From contig OZ316775.1 in the NCBI GenBank assembly GCA_973851085.1, positions 8,184,001-8,248,000 on the forward strand: DNA of 64,000 nucleotides, written 5' to 3'. How positions within the stretch are numbered: the first letter of the stretch is position 1; every line of letters starts with the position of its first letter. The translations under genes were made by a program, and so were the position numbers. This document shows, piece by piece, positions 36,489-48,135 of the stretch. The stretch is from Ptychomitrium polyphyllum. Lineage: Eukaryota. The notes beneath the pieces were generated by a model. It did not search any database and had not been told where the DNA came from. It saw only the letters and a program-made list of their open reading frames with translations.

Positions 36489-38049
36489 TAAGTGGAATTA
36501 GAAGGAGTGAAGATATCTTCAAATAAGATTACAACGTAAATTATATATTAGACATTCATAAATAAGATTGTGTATATTAGTAATCCTTCCAAGTAGGAGA
36601 AGGTTTATTTGGCTCACAAGACTCCCATTTCAAAGCAAGCCTCTAATGTGTCTCTTTCTTGTTTTAATAGATTAATGTATGTTAAACGTCCAAATATCTT
36701 GATGTTTGACAAATCAAGCTTTACAAACATACATTTTTGCTTTGGTAAGCAATACATTAATGAGGTTGATTGCGGTTTAAATTGCTTTTGGCCAAAGGAA
36801 CTTTAGCACTTTACCTCCTATAAGCATGTTGTATAGCTTATTTAGGATTGTTTTATTTTTGCATTCAATTATTCCATTTTGATGCAACATGTAGGTATTT
36901 GTCAGCTGCCTATTATTCCATGAACTCTAAAATAGTTTATGAATTTACTAGATAAATACTTGTTGCCTCTATTAGATTTTAAAATTTGAACTTTAAATTA
37001 TATTTGTCTTTCTACCATTAATGAAAATTGATAAAAAAGAGAATGCTTGATCCTTGGATTTTAGAAAATAGATCCAAATCTTCTTAGAATAGTCATCTAT
37101 AAAAGACATGAAATAAAAGGCTTTTTTTTAGGAATGTGACAAGAAGTGGGTCACAAAGATTTGAATGAAAAGTTCTAATGACTTTGTGGCACAAAAAATA
37201 GCTAATTTTGGTATGTTGGCTTTCCATTGCTTGGCTTTTGTATAGATGGAGTAGATCTCTTAGCTATATTTAACTTGGATAGTCATATAGCTAGTGACTA
37301 CAATGCAAGTTGAAAAATACTTTGATGAGTAATGTGGCCTAATCTACAATGCCATAAATAGATTAGATTTTCCTGAGAGTCCAATGAGTTAGTATTGAAT
37401 GCTAATCTGTGAATTATTCTATCAAGTAGCATGGTATATCTGATGATGGTTTCTAAACAATGTTTTCTAAGGTATCAGTTTATATAGTCCGTTAGTGGCA
37501 CTTCGTGTGCATGTGGCTAGGCTAGTACACGATATGATTTGTTGCTAGTAAACATTGCAAATTTGTCCTTGGTCAATAATACAAAGAATTCGAGTCATCT
37601 AGTTCGACCCTAGATGGAGATGCTGTAGCAGTTGGTGGACATACTAAATGCCGTAGATCCTCTTTTTGGAATACACTACGCATAGTAGACTGCTACTCCT
37701 TGTAATTGCGGCCGTTCAGTAGACTCTTCTCTCCTACGATGCTATCTAGAGTTCCTGTCATTGGTATGTGGTGACTAATCTGTGAACTAGTTCTTTATCG
37801 TTGTCTGTCTCAGGAAGAGTGAGTATGGAAAAGGATTTTGGAAGCAAGGAATCAAGAAGTGAAGAAAGACGCAAGGTAGATCATCAGTTCAGAGATTGGA
37901 CAAGAGTGGTAAGAGAGTATCAGATGAGGTTGAGGTGAGTTTGGCAGATGAACTGGAGTCAGTCTAGCAGCGGAAGTGAGGTGAAGTTTAGCAGTCGTTC
38001 AGAATGAGAGAGAGAAGACTGGAAGAAGATGATTTCAAGGATCGTGCAT

Positions 38050-38061
38050 GCTCTGATACCA
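38050..38061 (-). promoter_or_regulatory. Initiator tRNA-Met primer-binding site of the copia element
   Basis: TGGTATCAGAGC immediately follows the 5' LTR. Confidence 0.92.
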
Positions 38062-38559
38062 TAAGAGAAATCATACAAGGGTAAGAGAACACACTCAGGA
38101 TGGTGAAGTAATGCACACTCACTTGAATTACATAGAGAGTGGTATACATATGTACTAGACTACAGATTAACAGTAAACTATAATTAAACTAACAGATTAT
38201 GCTAATAGATGAGAGAACGTACTTGTTGCTTCAAGTGTAAGTTTCATCCAACAGGTGCAAACAAAACAATTGCATTCACTTGTTGTATTTAGATTCTAAA
38301 TTTTGCCACTGTGTGTCAAAGGGACTAGCAAGTGAAATCTTATAGAAATACTTGCAGAAGCGCAACCCTGTAATGTGCAACCCTGAAATGCGTAGCCTCA
38401 TTGCTGTTGTTCGACTTTGCATCGTCAACATGCCATATGAGCAGACCGTCTCCAGGAAGCCCTCAATCACGCCGCACTTTGTGACGATTTAGAGAAGCCA
38501 ATACTCTGGTGATGGCGCTCCAGTTTCCGTCAGCTTCAAAAAACAGGGTCCCTAGATTT

Positions 38560-40133
38560 CACATCTGGAAGTGAAACTCTGTTCATCAATCCAAATGTCT
38601 GATTCAGGAACCACCTAGCCACAAAAGTAACCAAGGTAGGCAAGCAAACGGGTCATCTATAAACAACGTCCGAAAGACAAAAACATGTAAACTTATAAGT
38701 TAGTGTGATCAATGGCATCTGCGCCAGCTGCAAGCTGAGAAGACTGTTTACGAACTCTGCGTCCCATCCCCACCATGTTGGCAATCTCCAGAGTGCTCTC
38801 CTGAGCGTTACTAGCCCACCGGGTCACATTCGTCCACCGCACTCTCCAGTTGCTGAGCCCAGAGAAGAAGCGCACTATATTGGCATCCTCGGTGCTCAGA
38901 AAGATACTGCGCTTCACAGAGTTCGGATTACCCCGAACCACCGCTTCCGCAGTCGCCAAATAAGCCTCACCTGGGGCCAGAGCGCTCACCTTCCACTTGT
39001 CGCCATGGCGAACATGCACCACCAGCGCCCCTTTTTCAATACTCGCATTCTTGGAAATCTCCACGCAACGACGACGGAGTGTTTCCAAAGTCCGAGCACT
39101 CGGCCGCACCTGATACGCCATCCCTTGCGCCCGCCACCAGTAGTACGAAGGTGTGGGTATGTTACCCTGTTTCAGCAATTTGTGGAACATAAGGGGTGTG
39201 CTTCTTCAGAAAGCAACAGCTGCGTGAAATCGGCTGCATTCATCCTTAATTGTTCTCGAGGAGTTCGTCCGGATCGTGAAGCCGTCGAGCCACGAAATAT
39301 CCTCCCACTTACAGTGGCGCATGGCATCCCGTATGTAGCACGAGGAGATGGGTTCGAAGTAGCAACTGCCCAGCGTGTACGTGCCGAGGCAGAAGGGGGC
39401 GTCGATCCACTCCCCGCCTGGTTGGGGATACAAGACGAGGATGCGGTTGGGGTCGAGTACAGCTTGCAGCATGATAGTGGTCTTGTGCAGCATAAGCCCG
39501 ATGCCACTGCCACTGCCACTGCCATTCGTCTTGTACATGAGAAATCTCTTCGACTTGCAGCTCGTGGGATGCTGGTGGCGCCAGATCGCGTGTTGCACGG
39601 CGATGCTGCCACACATCATACGGTGGCCCGTGGAGTTCCAACTTGCGACGTCGCGCTCTCTCGCCAACCGGTTCCAGTGGCCGTGCGCAAATAGTTGCGG
39701 GTCGCAGTCTTCCTCTCGGACGATGTTCTCGTTTTCAGGTCCCGGTGCATTCTCAAGTGAAATCTCAACTGCCGTTCCTGTTGCATTGAGCACAGACTAT
39801 GCACCCCTTCACATGCAGTCTGGTTGACCTCGTTGTGAATGTTCAATGCCGACAGAATTCCATACAATCGCCTACCATTGTCTCTGGTTGGTTTTGAACA
39901 TATTGCATTAGGATCTCCGATGCCGGAGGGGTTTTGGAACCCTGTATATTTTGTTCATGACCATACAGAATCGCCATGGCACCTGAGACAATCAGAGAGA
40001 ATACTATCGATACTGAAGGTGAAAAAGTATGAGATAAAAATATTGTTTGACCACGTACCACAGGCAGAGCGATGAATACCACGCAGCTGACAACGATCGT
40101 GGCTGAGTACACAGCAAGTAACCGAAGCCTCAT
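38560..40133 (-). pseudogene. Disabled alpha-1,6-fucosyltransferase-like (GT23/FUT8-NodZ-type) gene
   Basis: N-terminal TM segment, Q+P..C...+FL, G.G.G..LH, CYFEPISSC, WWRAQGMAY.VRP, VHVRHGDK and IFLSTED. In-frame TGA at 39206-39208, an extra G in a G-run at 38768-38771 that displaces WDAEFVNSLLSLQLA, a decayed C-terminus, and 5' splice phases that do not fit. Confidence 0.75.
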
Positions 40134-40310
40134 TTTCGGATTAAAGAAAAAATGCAGTATAAAATACAACTGGCTCGGAGCAGCCCATAATGGCTCTAGT
40201 GCGTGCTGAGCCACAACATTTCAAATCGTACAAGCTGTTTTCTGAATGCGAGTCGCAAAGAGCTTCACACGGAAAGAAACTCAGCAACAACTTCAGTAGC
40301 AGCGGTCCAG

Positions 40311-43300
40311 TCATGCAGTCGCGACTTTCTTAGCAGCAAGAAGGTCCGAAATCTTGTTCGTGTAAAAATCGGGTTGGATTTTGTTTTCAGGGCTCTGAAG
40401 TGTCTCCAACGTGGTTACCCCTGCAAGTTATGAGTGTCCAATTATGTGAGAAAAAAAATCGCTTTTCTTTCTCTATACACCTTAAGTATATGATTCTTTT
40501 CCTTGTCCAAGAAATTAGTTTTCCTCACAGAGAGTTGTTTTTGTAAAATCACACTCACTCAGAAAGAAAACCAGCGCTTGAAGGTAAAGACACATCAAGG
40601 AGGCTGTTTTCCCATCTTTCATGGATTGAATGTGCAGAAGGTATGTGGAGAGCGTGCAGAGAAGGGGACCGTATGTTCAATGGCATGCCCACCCTACCTG
40701 ATAAAACCAAGAGAGTTGCGCAACCCCCATTTTGGCCAAAAAGAATGTCAGTGTCCAGACGGTCTCCCACCATACAAATCTGTGATGTTTTGATACTGAA
40801 CCTGCCACACAATAGTCCAACTCATTAAAACAGTGAAAGAGATCTCTGTACTGATGAATGACAAGAACTGTATCTCGGCCAGGACATACTGTACTATGAG
40901 TTTTAAATACAGGAATAAGTTGAGTGACGCGGGTCTTGAAGGAGGAAAACAAACGGGTCAGAAGACAGTTATTTACTCTGATGCAAGATAGTCCATCATG
41001 AAAGTGGAGGGCTTGCCAACAACAAGTGGCTCTTTCTTTGTTGAGCCTTTGATAGCACCAACCATGGAGCCACCTCCTGTTACCAGACAGCAACTCACCA
41101 GTTAAAATCTTCTGATTTGAAAGTATCCAGAAGTCACTGCTAGTGGTATCGACAAGTAGATATGTTCACAGAGCAGTAGGGTAATAGTGACTGCCACGCG
41201 CCAAAAGATGAGATTAATAACTTCCAGAAAACACCCATGTGAACAACGGAGATAGAAAATGATCGTACCTGCCCATTCCTGTGCATCTGTCAAATGAGTT
41301 ACAGCATCACAGTTGGTGGCAATGAACATGCACCCGGGGTTTTCACGGATGCAAAGAGTTGCATACCTGGTTTTGCAATTGAATTTTGTCTTAGGGACCA
41401 CCTTAAAACTCAGATAGACCAAAGAGTTAACTCTGCATACGATTTCGTAAGATGAATGTAGTTTTTAACAGGTGACCATTTTGTGCTTCTCATGATTGCA
41501 TGTATGCATTCCTATGAGGACTCAGGATACTTACTGCAGCTTGTAGTAGTTAAGGTAGCGGTCGAAACCCACCACAACAGCTCCAACCTGTAAACCCATC
41601 GTCTAATTCGTCAGGCACCGACCACAGCCCAATATTAACTGAGGAAAAACAAAATACACAGAAAACAGGTAAATGGTGGAAATAAATGTATATGATCATA
41701 GGTGCAGTAAACGTACATCGTGGTCATGCTCCATAAGTTGACCAGGTGCCAGGTCTATCCTTTTGTCTCCATCTTCCTGCAAGGATACAAACCTGTGAGT
41801 GTTTGTGTACAGCCATCTTTGGATTTCGACAACTACACACGATAACTACACGATAACTACAGACAGTACATTAAGTGGATAATTAGGGTCAAACTCTGGG
41901 AAGTTCAAGAGTGATAACAATTCGTACATCGTATCGGGATCCGTTAAACAAATTTGATATTTGGGATCTGTATTTGCTCAATATGGCCTTGCATAATCCA
42001 TTCTCACGAGAAGCTGTGCAGAAATAAGATATCCAAATACTTCACTTATTGAAGAATACAAACATTGATAACCTTAGTTTCAAGAATGAAGAGAAAGAGA
42101 GGAAGAGAATGGTGTAGGGCGTACAGGGCCTCCAATGTAATTGACGCCTGCTTGTTTCAGTTCCAACTGAATACCAGCTTCACCAATAATGTACACCTGT
42201 TTGCCATTGGCATGTTCAAAAGTTTTTCAAAATAATATAATTTTATTAGTGGAATCGTTGAGCATTATAGGCATCTATGCTCCCGCGTCAACTCGCACGA
42301 TATGACTGCGACTCACTAATACGGATTCATGTACAAACAGGATGCAACGTCTAAAGCGCTCTGTAATGTGGAGCACCAAAGCTCAGACAAAGTTAGCTAC
42401 TTAGTGGTTTCCTTGTCCCATACTTCGCTTAAGCAAGTAATCCACGTAAGATCCACATATGAATTATAATGTGTGCAAAGTCATCATGCTAATTGGACAA
42501 GCTTTTGGTACAGGAACATATATATGGAATTGTAATCAAAATCTTAGAATGTCGAAGGAATCTGTATGAAGGTCTGAAACCTACCTTTTTGTCCGTGGGA
42601 AATTTGATAGACTTCAAATATGCAGCTGCAGCAAACGATGAGGCAAAGATTTCCTCCTGCAGTAGTCAAAATTCCAGCTTTAAGAGTCCAACATCACAAA
42701 AAACTGCTGCTATAAAACAGACTGATAATGCCGTTTCAGTGAACATCGACGATTAGGGCACAAAGTTTCTACCTCTGAAACAGATAGGCCAAGACTCTCG
42801 AACTTTTTCCCGTACTGCTTTCTTGACTTAGTAGAATTGTTGGTCACGAATACCAAACGCTTACCCTACATCCTCAAGCAATGTAACAAACGTGAGTACC
42901 ATCTAGAATACCGTAAAAAAAACTTAAGCACTTCAATGCAGCACTTCAAATCTGACCATAGATCGCAGTAAGTCGAGTGTCTCCGGAACTCCATCAATAA
43001 GCAAGTCTCCCTTCCAAATGACGCCTGCACACCACCTCTCCCTATTAAATTTCTCCGCAATTCTAATCGCCAACGTCTTACGCGAAATTGCGTGCATATT
43101 ACACCTATCTTTCAAGGCCAAAGTCTTCCAGACAATCTTCACATCGTTTGCAATTTCTAATACAGTCTAGTCAATCAAACAAAGAGCACCAACAAATAGA
43201 ATGCAACTCGACAACATACCGTCACAATCGAAGATGAACGTCTCCACGGTGTCAATGAGCTTAGCGTGGTCCGTCAAGAAAGGAGCCGACGCAGGTGCCT

Positions 43301-43633
43301 CTGCACACACAGAACTCTCACTAGCACCGTCAAACTAAACCCACAAACTCCAATCAGCCACAAATGCTCGATCACACACTGAAAACACGACAAAAAGAAA
43401 ACAAAACTTCGATCCTCACCAGTCCCAACTTGAGCGCTACAATGCACGCCACCTCCGGAGCGCAAGCTTCCACTACTAGACCGCGATGAGAGCTCCTGCT
43501 TGAGAAACTGACTCCGCAGCAAGGCAGGGCCGGAAAAGATGGCAGCTTTAGGCTGAGTGCTTGAAGGAGGAGAGGAGCACAGAAGCGAGGAGCACGAGAG
43601 AACCTGCAACGTCGGAGCCACACAGATTGCCAT
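40311..43633 (-). CDS. PGLP1: Plastid 2-phosphoglycolate phosphatase (HAD subfamily IIA). Exons 43633-43420, 43300-43220, 43024-42957, 42865-42773, 42656-42585, 42196-42125, 41776-41717, 41587-41535, 41366-41269, 41076-40977, 40801-40698, 40420-40311
   Basis: Ser-rich transit peptide, then [68 protein letters not shown] and [12 protein letters not shown]. All introns are GT-AG. Confidence 0.95.
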
Positions 43634-45368
43634 GGCCGACGCCACAATCTATCGCGAACCTCGAGGTCAAACTCTCGTCCGTTCCTCACGATTCGCGTGA
43701 CTTCAATCCTCTCAACCTACAGAAACGCTCCGCGGCATTACCACGCTCCGCAGTCACGCCCCTCGCCAACAATTTGTGCGCACAGCGGAGCACAAGGGGC
43801 GACGCACTGGCCGGAACAACGCTCACCACATCCATTTCTGAGCGATGCCCAAGCGATACTGTGGTGGTACTGCTACGGTGCACGGCCGATACTCGGGTGT
43901 GTACACGGCGGGTACATCGTGATGAGCTCGTTGAGGGGGCTTTGTGGCTTTCAAGCGCTTTGTCCATCCGACGTGAACGGTGGCCGCGAGCCCTCCTGGA
44001 TGCGTCGTTTGTGGCTGTGCGCCGTATACTAGCCTTTGTGGCGTGTTTTGGTAACCCCGTTTGGATAAGCGTCATAAAAAAATCATACCATTCCTTCAGT
44101 TACACCTTCTTCACACCCACTTTCAAAGGAGCATACATCCTTTCTATGGTGCATCAATCTATTCCATGGAGCTATGTCTTTAATTATTGACTGGCAATAA
44201 TGTGAATCTGAACTAGTGACTCCATTGGGATTGGTCAGGTTATCTTTTAATGAATTTGGTGGTGTAGGCTCTAGATCAGGTGAAGATTTACTTAATAACT
44301 GTCATTGAGAAGCCTTGAAAACAATGTGGCTTGATTTTGAGGTTAGAAAGCTTTTATAGAAAATAACATAATGTAAACATAATTTATAAATGCTTAAGTT
44401 TGTATAGCATAAAATATAAAGAATACTTTTATGATTGAGTGATGGAATAGCCGCTAATATCCAAACTGCTATTGGATTTTTGCAACAGATAAACAATCGT
44501 CCTAAGCGGAGTAGTCCAAAGATTTAGATTTTGTGAATTTTTCATGTGGAAAGTTAGTTAGATCTGAGAATGCAACAAATTCACTTCAAAATTCATTTTA
44601 CAATGAATGGAGTTTCTAAGAATTTAAAACTAGCAAATAGTCAAGGAATGCCAAGATAATTCCAATGCAGAATCAGAATTATTGTAATGAAGTTCCAATA
44701 TAAATAATCAACTCCAAATGCAATTTACGAATTATACTGCTACATCGCTCCAACAAGTTATTTCTTTTGTATGAATCGAAGTTTTTACACTTACAATAAA
44801 TTATGAGTGCAGAATTATCACCGTACGTCACATTGATCTCTCCGATATCGGGAGAGCTTAATTCCCTGTAATCCTTATTTCCCAGTGTCAAAAACAAATG
44901 CCCTTGCATATAACGTCCACTAATCAATATTAACAATTCCTGAGTCTAATTCACAGAGGACACTTAGCACCCATCTGCTCGAATGCAAGCTCGGTAACCT
45001 GACATTCCGTTTCCTGCTCTAGCTTTTCAGCATCGGATAAATACTACTTCAGCTAAGAAAATTCTTCTAAGCAGGCCTTGATGCCCCATGCATATCAAAA
45101 TATTGTCTGAACAATCATCTCAAGGTAGGATCCGATCACTGAAAAGTCCTTCAACTGAAGGAAGTTGAAGGAGTTTGCCCACCAAGTCAGCTCAGCAAAC
45201 TAGACTCAAGCATTCATTACCACCATTATTGTTGATCTCCCACAATTTTTAAGGTGAAGGTGAGTTGGTTCAAGTGCTGATCAAGAGTGTTATGACTGAA
45301 GCAGCAACGCCGAGGAACTAGCAATATTTCTTAGTCAAGCAGGATTATACTGATGCATGACGATGGAT

Positions 45369-48135
45369 CTACAAGGTTCGGAAACATTTGGCCACTTGGC
45401 AATGGCCGCCGTGGTCAGTGCGTCCCTCGCAAGCTTCATAGTCCAGCCAACCGTCGGGATACTCCTCAGCGTACGTCTCGATCGTTTCGTTCACTTTGAA
45501 GCGGTCCATGTATCGCAAGTACCGGCAATGAAGACCTGCTGAATGCTCATCTTTGAGCAGAGTCTCAGCGATGAGCTCGTCCATGGCCTCGGAGTCTCTC
45601 ACACTGCCCTGGAACTCGGCAGCCTGTATGATCTGCTTGACGCGGCGCCGTGCTAGTCGCACGCGGAAGACTGCAAGGCTCATTGTGGATGGTCCACTGC
45701 CCAGGAATGAGACTGCTCGCGTGCATAACTCCTGTTCCACAAGCGCAATCTGTGCGCCATTAACGTCCTGCATTGACGGCAAGTATGTGTGTCTATTGAA
45801 TCGTTCTGTTTTGAAAGTGGGTTTACAATGTCTAGAAACGATGGGTGTTGTTAAGTTGTCACAAAGTTGTGGCGTACCTGGTTGTCCTTCCCGAAGAACG
45901 TAAGAAGGTCGAAGTATTTGCCATCAGCGAAGTTGGGCAATCCAGGTATGTTCCACAGCCCCACAACAGTGAGCCCGCGCTTCCGCAGGGACTCGACACT
46001 CTCCTTCACAAGCGCGATACTCTGAGGTCCGCGCATCCACCCATCGGTTGCGAGGTAGATAGTGGTGACGCTGTGATTCAATGCACGTTCTTGAATTGTG
46101 TCGATGATGTCATTCTTGTCTAATACTACTCCCGGGAAATGGCCATCTTTGTACGGACACGCCTTGCGCCACTCTTCGACTTCAGGGCGCAGGCCGGAGT
46201 TGATGATAGACCCGTCGTCACAGCGCACAAAGCAGCGTCCGACGTGTTGTCCCGCGCATTCCGTCTCTTCAAACCTCCAGTGCACTGAAAATCCTCAGAG
46301 CATTCAAGTGACCAATAATCAGTTTCATCACCAGGTCAGGATCAATCATTGTACACAGATTGTGGGGAAGTTATCTTAGGGAGAACACAGGTTTAGGGTT
46401 TACCTGCCAAGTACCGAGTGCCCTCTCCAAGAGCATACTCCTGAAGCGTGTTGGCAAAATCGTTGATACGAGGAGCGGGTCGTAGAAAAGCAGAGACGGC
46501 TAAAAATGCACCTCTCCATCTTAGCCCTGGAAATAAGCCCAAAACACCAACGCATCGAGCATCGCGGTTGCCAAGGGTGGCGAAGATATCCTTAGGAGCT
46601 GTCCACTTCACATAATCCCAGTTAAGGTTCAAGGCTTCCTGCATCACGTCAAAGGTGATGTTGAAATTTCTCATAGCCGATCATTTCTGTACATGCTCGT
46701 GTTATGTATGCATGATCTCAATGGACGTTGCAGTTTGTGTGCCTTAGGTAGAACACGGGGTTGAACATAATACATTGAGAAATGAAGAATAGTTAAGAAA
46801 GAGGAGTCTGTGGAAGAGACGCACATTGTTCCAAGGGTATTTCTTCCACTTCTGTATCTTTGGTTCCCTAGAATTCTTCAATATCCACTTATCATTAAGT
46901 GTGTAGTCGCAAGCTTCCAAGCAATGCTGCAAGGTGGCAACTCGTGTAAAATTGGAGAGAAATGACACTTCCCATCGGTCCTCCCATGCCAATCCCGATA
47001 CGACTCGCCCTGCGAATTGCAACCGCACAGTACTAACCTATTTAAGCCGAAGAATTCGGTAGATGTTTGGTCATACCTTACAGCAGAAAATCGTATGGGA
47101 AAACGTGAGACATGGATTGATAAGACTGGCATCACAAAGTACCTTACATTCAATTACTACGCCTACACTCCGTCCTGAATCAGTGCGGTTATGAGAGTGA
47201 TGCAAGCATTTCTTTCTCGTAAAGTTAATAATGCTAGAGAAAAACGCAAGTACGAACTCTAGTTACCTGTGTGTCTACTTGGTCCAGGAAAAAATGGACT
47301 AAGACACAACGTCCGATTAAGTGATCGAGCCATCACGATGGCCGAAAGGTATTCCATAAACTGATTCCCTGCTCCTACTTGGAAACTCAAGAGGGGCACT
47401 AAGAATTTCTCCTTTGAGTCGACCTGATAGCAGCCACAAGGTGTTGATCACGAGTTAATCACAAGCTGCCATATCGACCAATTCTGGACGAAGTAATTGC
47501 ACTTCCACAAGCAATTATTTCATGAAAAGGTCGTCAAAGTTCAATCCGAAACATGGCATCGCGTGGTTCTCTTCCTTGTTGGACAATAAAGCACAATTAA
47601 AGATTTAGGTTAAAGGACTTACGGGCATGGAGATTGGTGATGGCAACGGGGTTGCAGCCGTCGCATTGCTGTAATCGCGTGTCGTGATTAAATTCTCCAA
47701 GGTTTCAGAGACATTATCACGGTCGGACGAAATCGGTGGCCAAGAATCCTCAATAATGTGCGAAACTGGCGTTGTCGAGACGTCTAAATCTAATATACTT
47801 TCATTTCTCTGCATGAGCAGGGGAACATCCTCAACATAGATTGGGGAGTCGTGCTTAGATCCCCGGGAGCTCAAATTATTTGCTAAAGGCGACTGGGTGA
47901 CATCTTCAATAGTGGAATGATTTTGATGGCTTGCGGTTCCTGTGGTGTTCCTTGGGCTCGTGTAAACGTAAGTGGAGACTCCCATGAGCAAGCTGCTAAG
48001 ATTGTCCCCCCAGGTCGCCGTCTTCGGCAACATTTGAAAGCTTACAAAGGATAGGGCTATTACAAGGCCAAAGAAGAGGGAAGCCGCTTGGATAGAGACC
48101 GGCAAGCGATCTGAAATCCGCCATTTGAAATTCAT
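45369..48135 (-). CDS. Type II membrane GDP-fucose O-fucosyltransferase-family protein. Exons 48135-47623, 47423-47267, 47009-46825, 46638-46404, 46284-45878, 45767-45369
   Basis: N-terminal TM helix and S/T/P-rich stem, then GAGNQFMEYLSAIVMARSLNRTL, YLAVHWRFEET, IYLATDG and ALVEQELCTRAVSFLGSGPSTMS, which are O-FucT family motifs. GT-AG junctions are in phase. Confidence 0.82.

Larger units (their letters stand above)
32406..38253 (-). mobile_element. Decayed Ty1/copia LTR retrotransposon with short LTRs (5' 38062-38253, 3' 32406-~32565)
   Basis: Perfect TSD GGTGC at 32401-32405 and 38254-38258. PBS TGGTATCAGAGC at 38061-38050. Remnant motifs in copia order: LWHCRLGH (37357-37334), WIYFLKSKDQAF, LWPKAI*TAINLIN (IN), LVLNVDDILF (~34470-34435, RT), YMAKPQEPHLRVAKRIL. 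Confidence 0.9.

Noticed and set aside
39206..39208. In-frame TGA as selenocysteine or programmed read-through
   Set aside because: Land plants lack the Sec machinery, and the gene has other independent lesions.
38705..39694. 329-aa plus-strand ORF
   Set aside because: Antisense shadow of the GC-rich fucosyltransferase-like frame; no recognisable motifs.
43561..44190. 209-aa plus-strand ORF and overlapping ORFs
   Set aside because: They overlap the GC-rich PGLP1 first exon and promoter, start at non-ATG codons and show no protein-like motifs.
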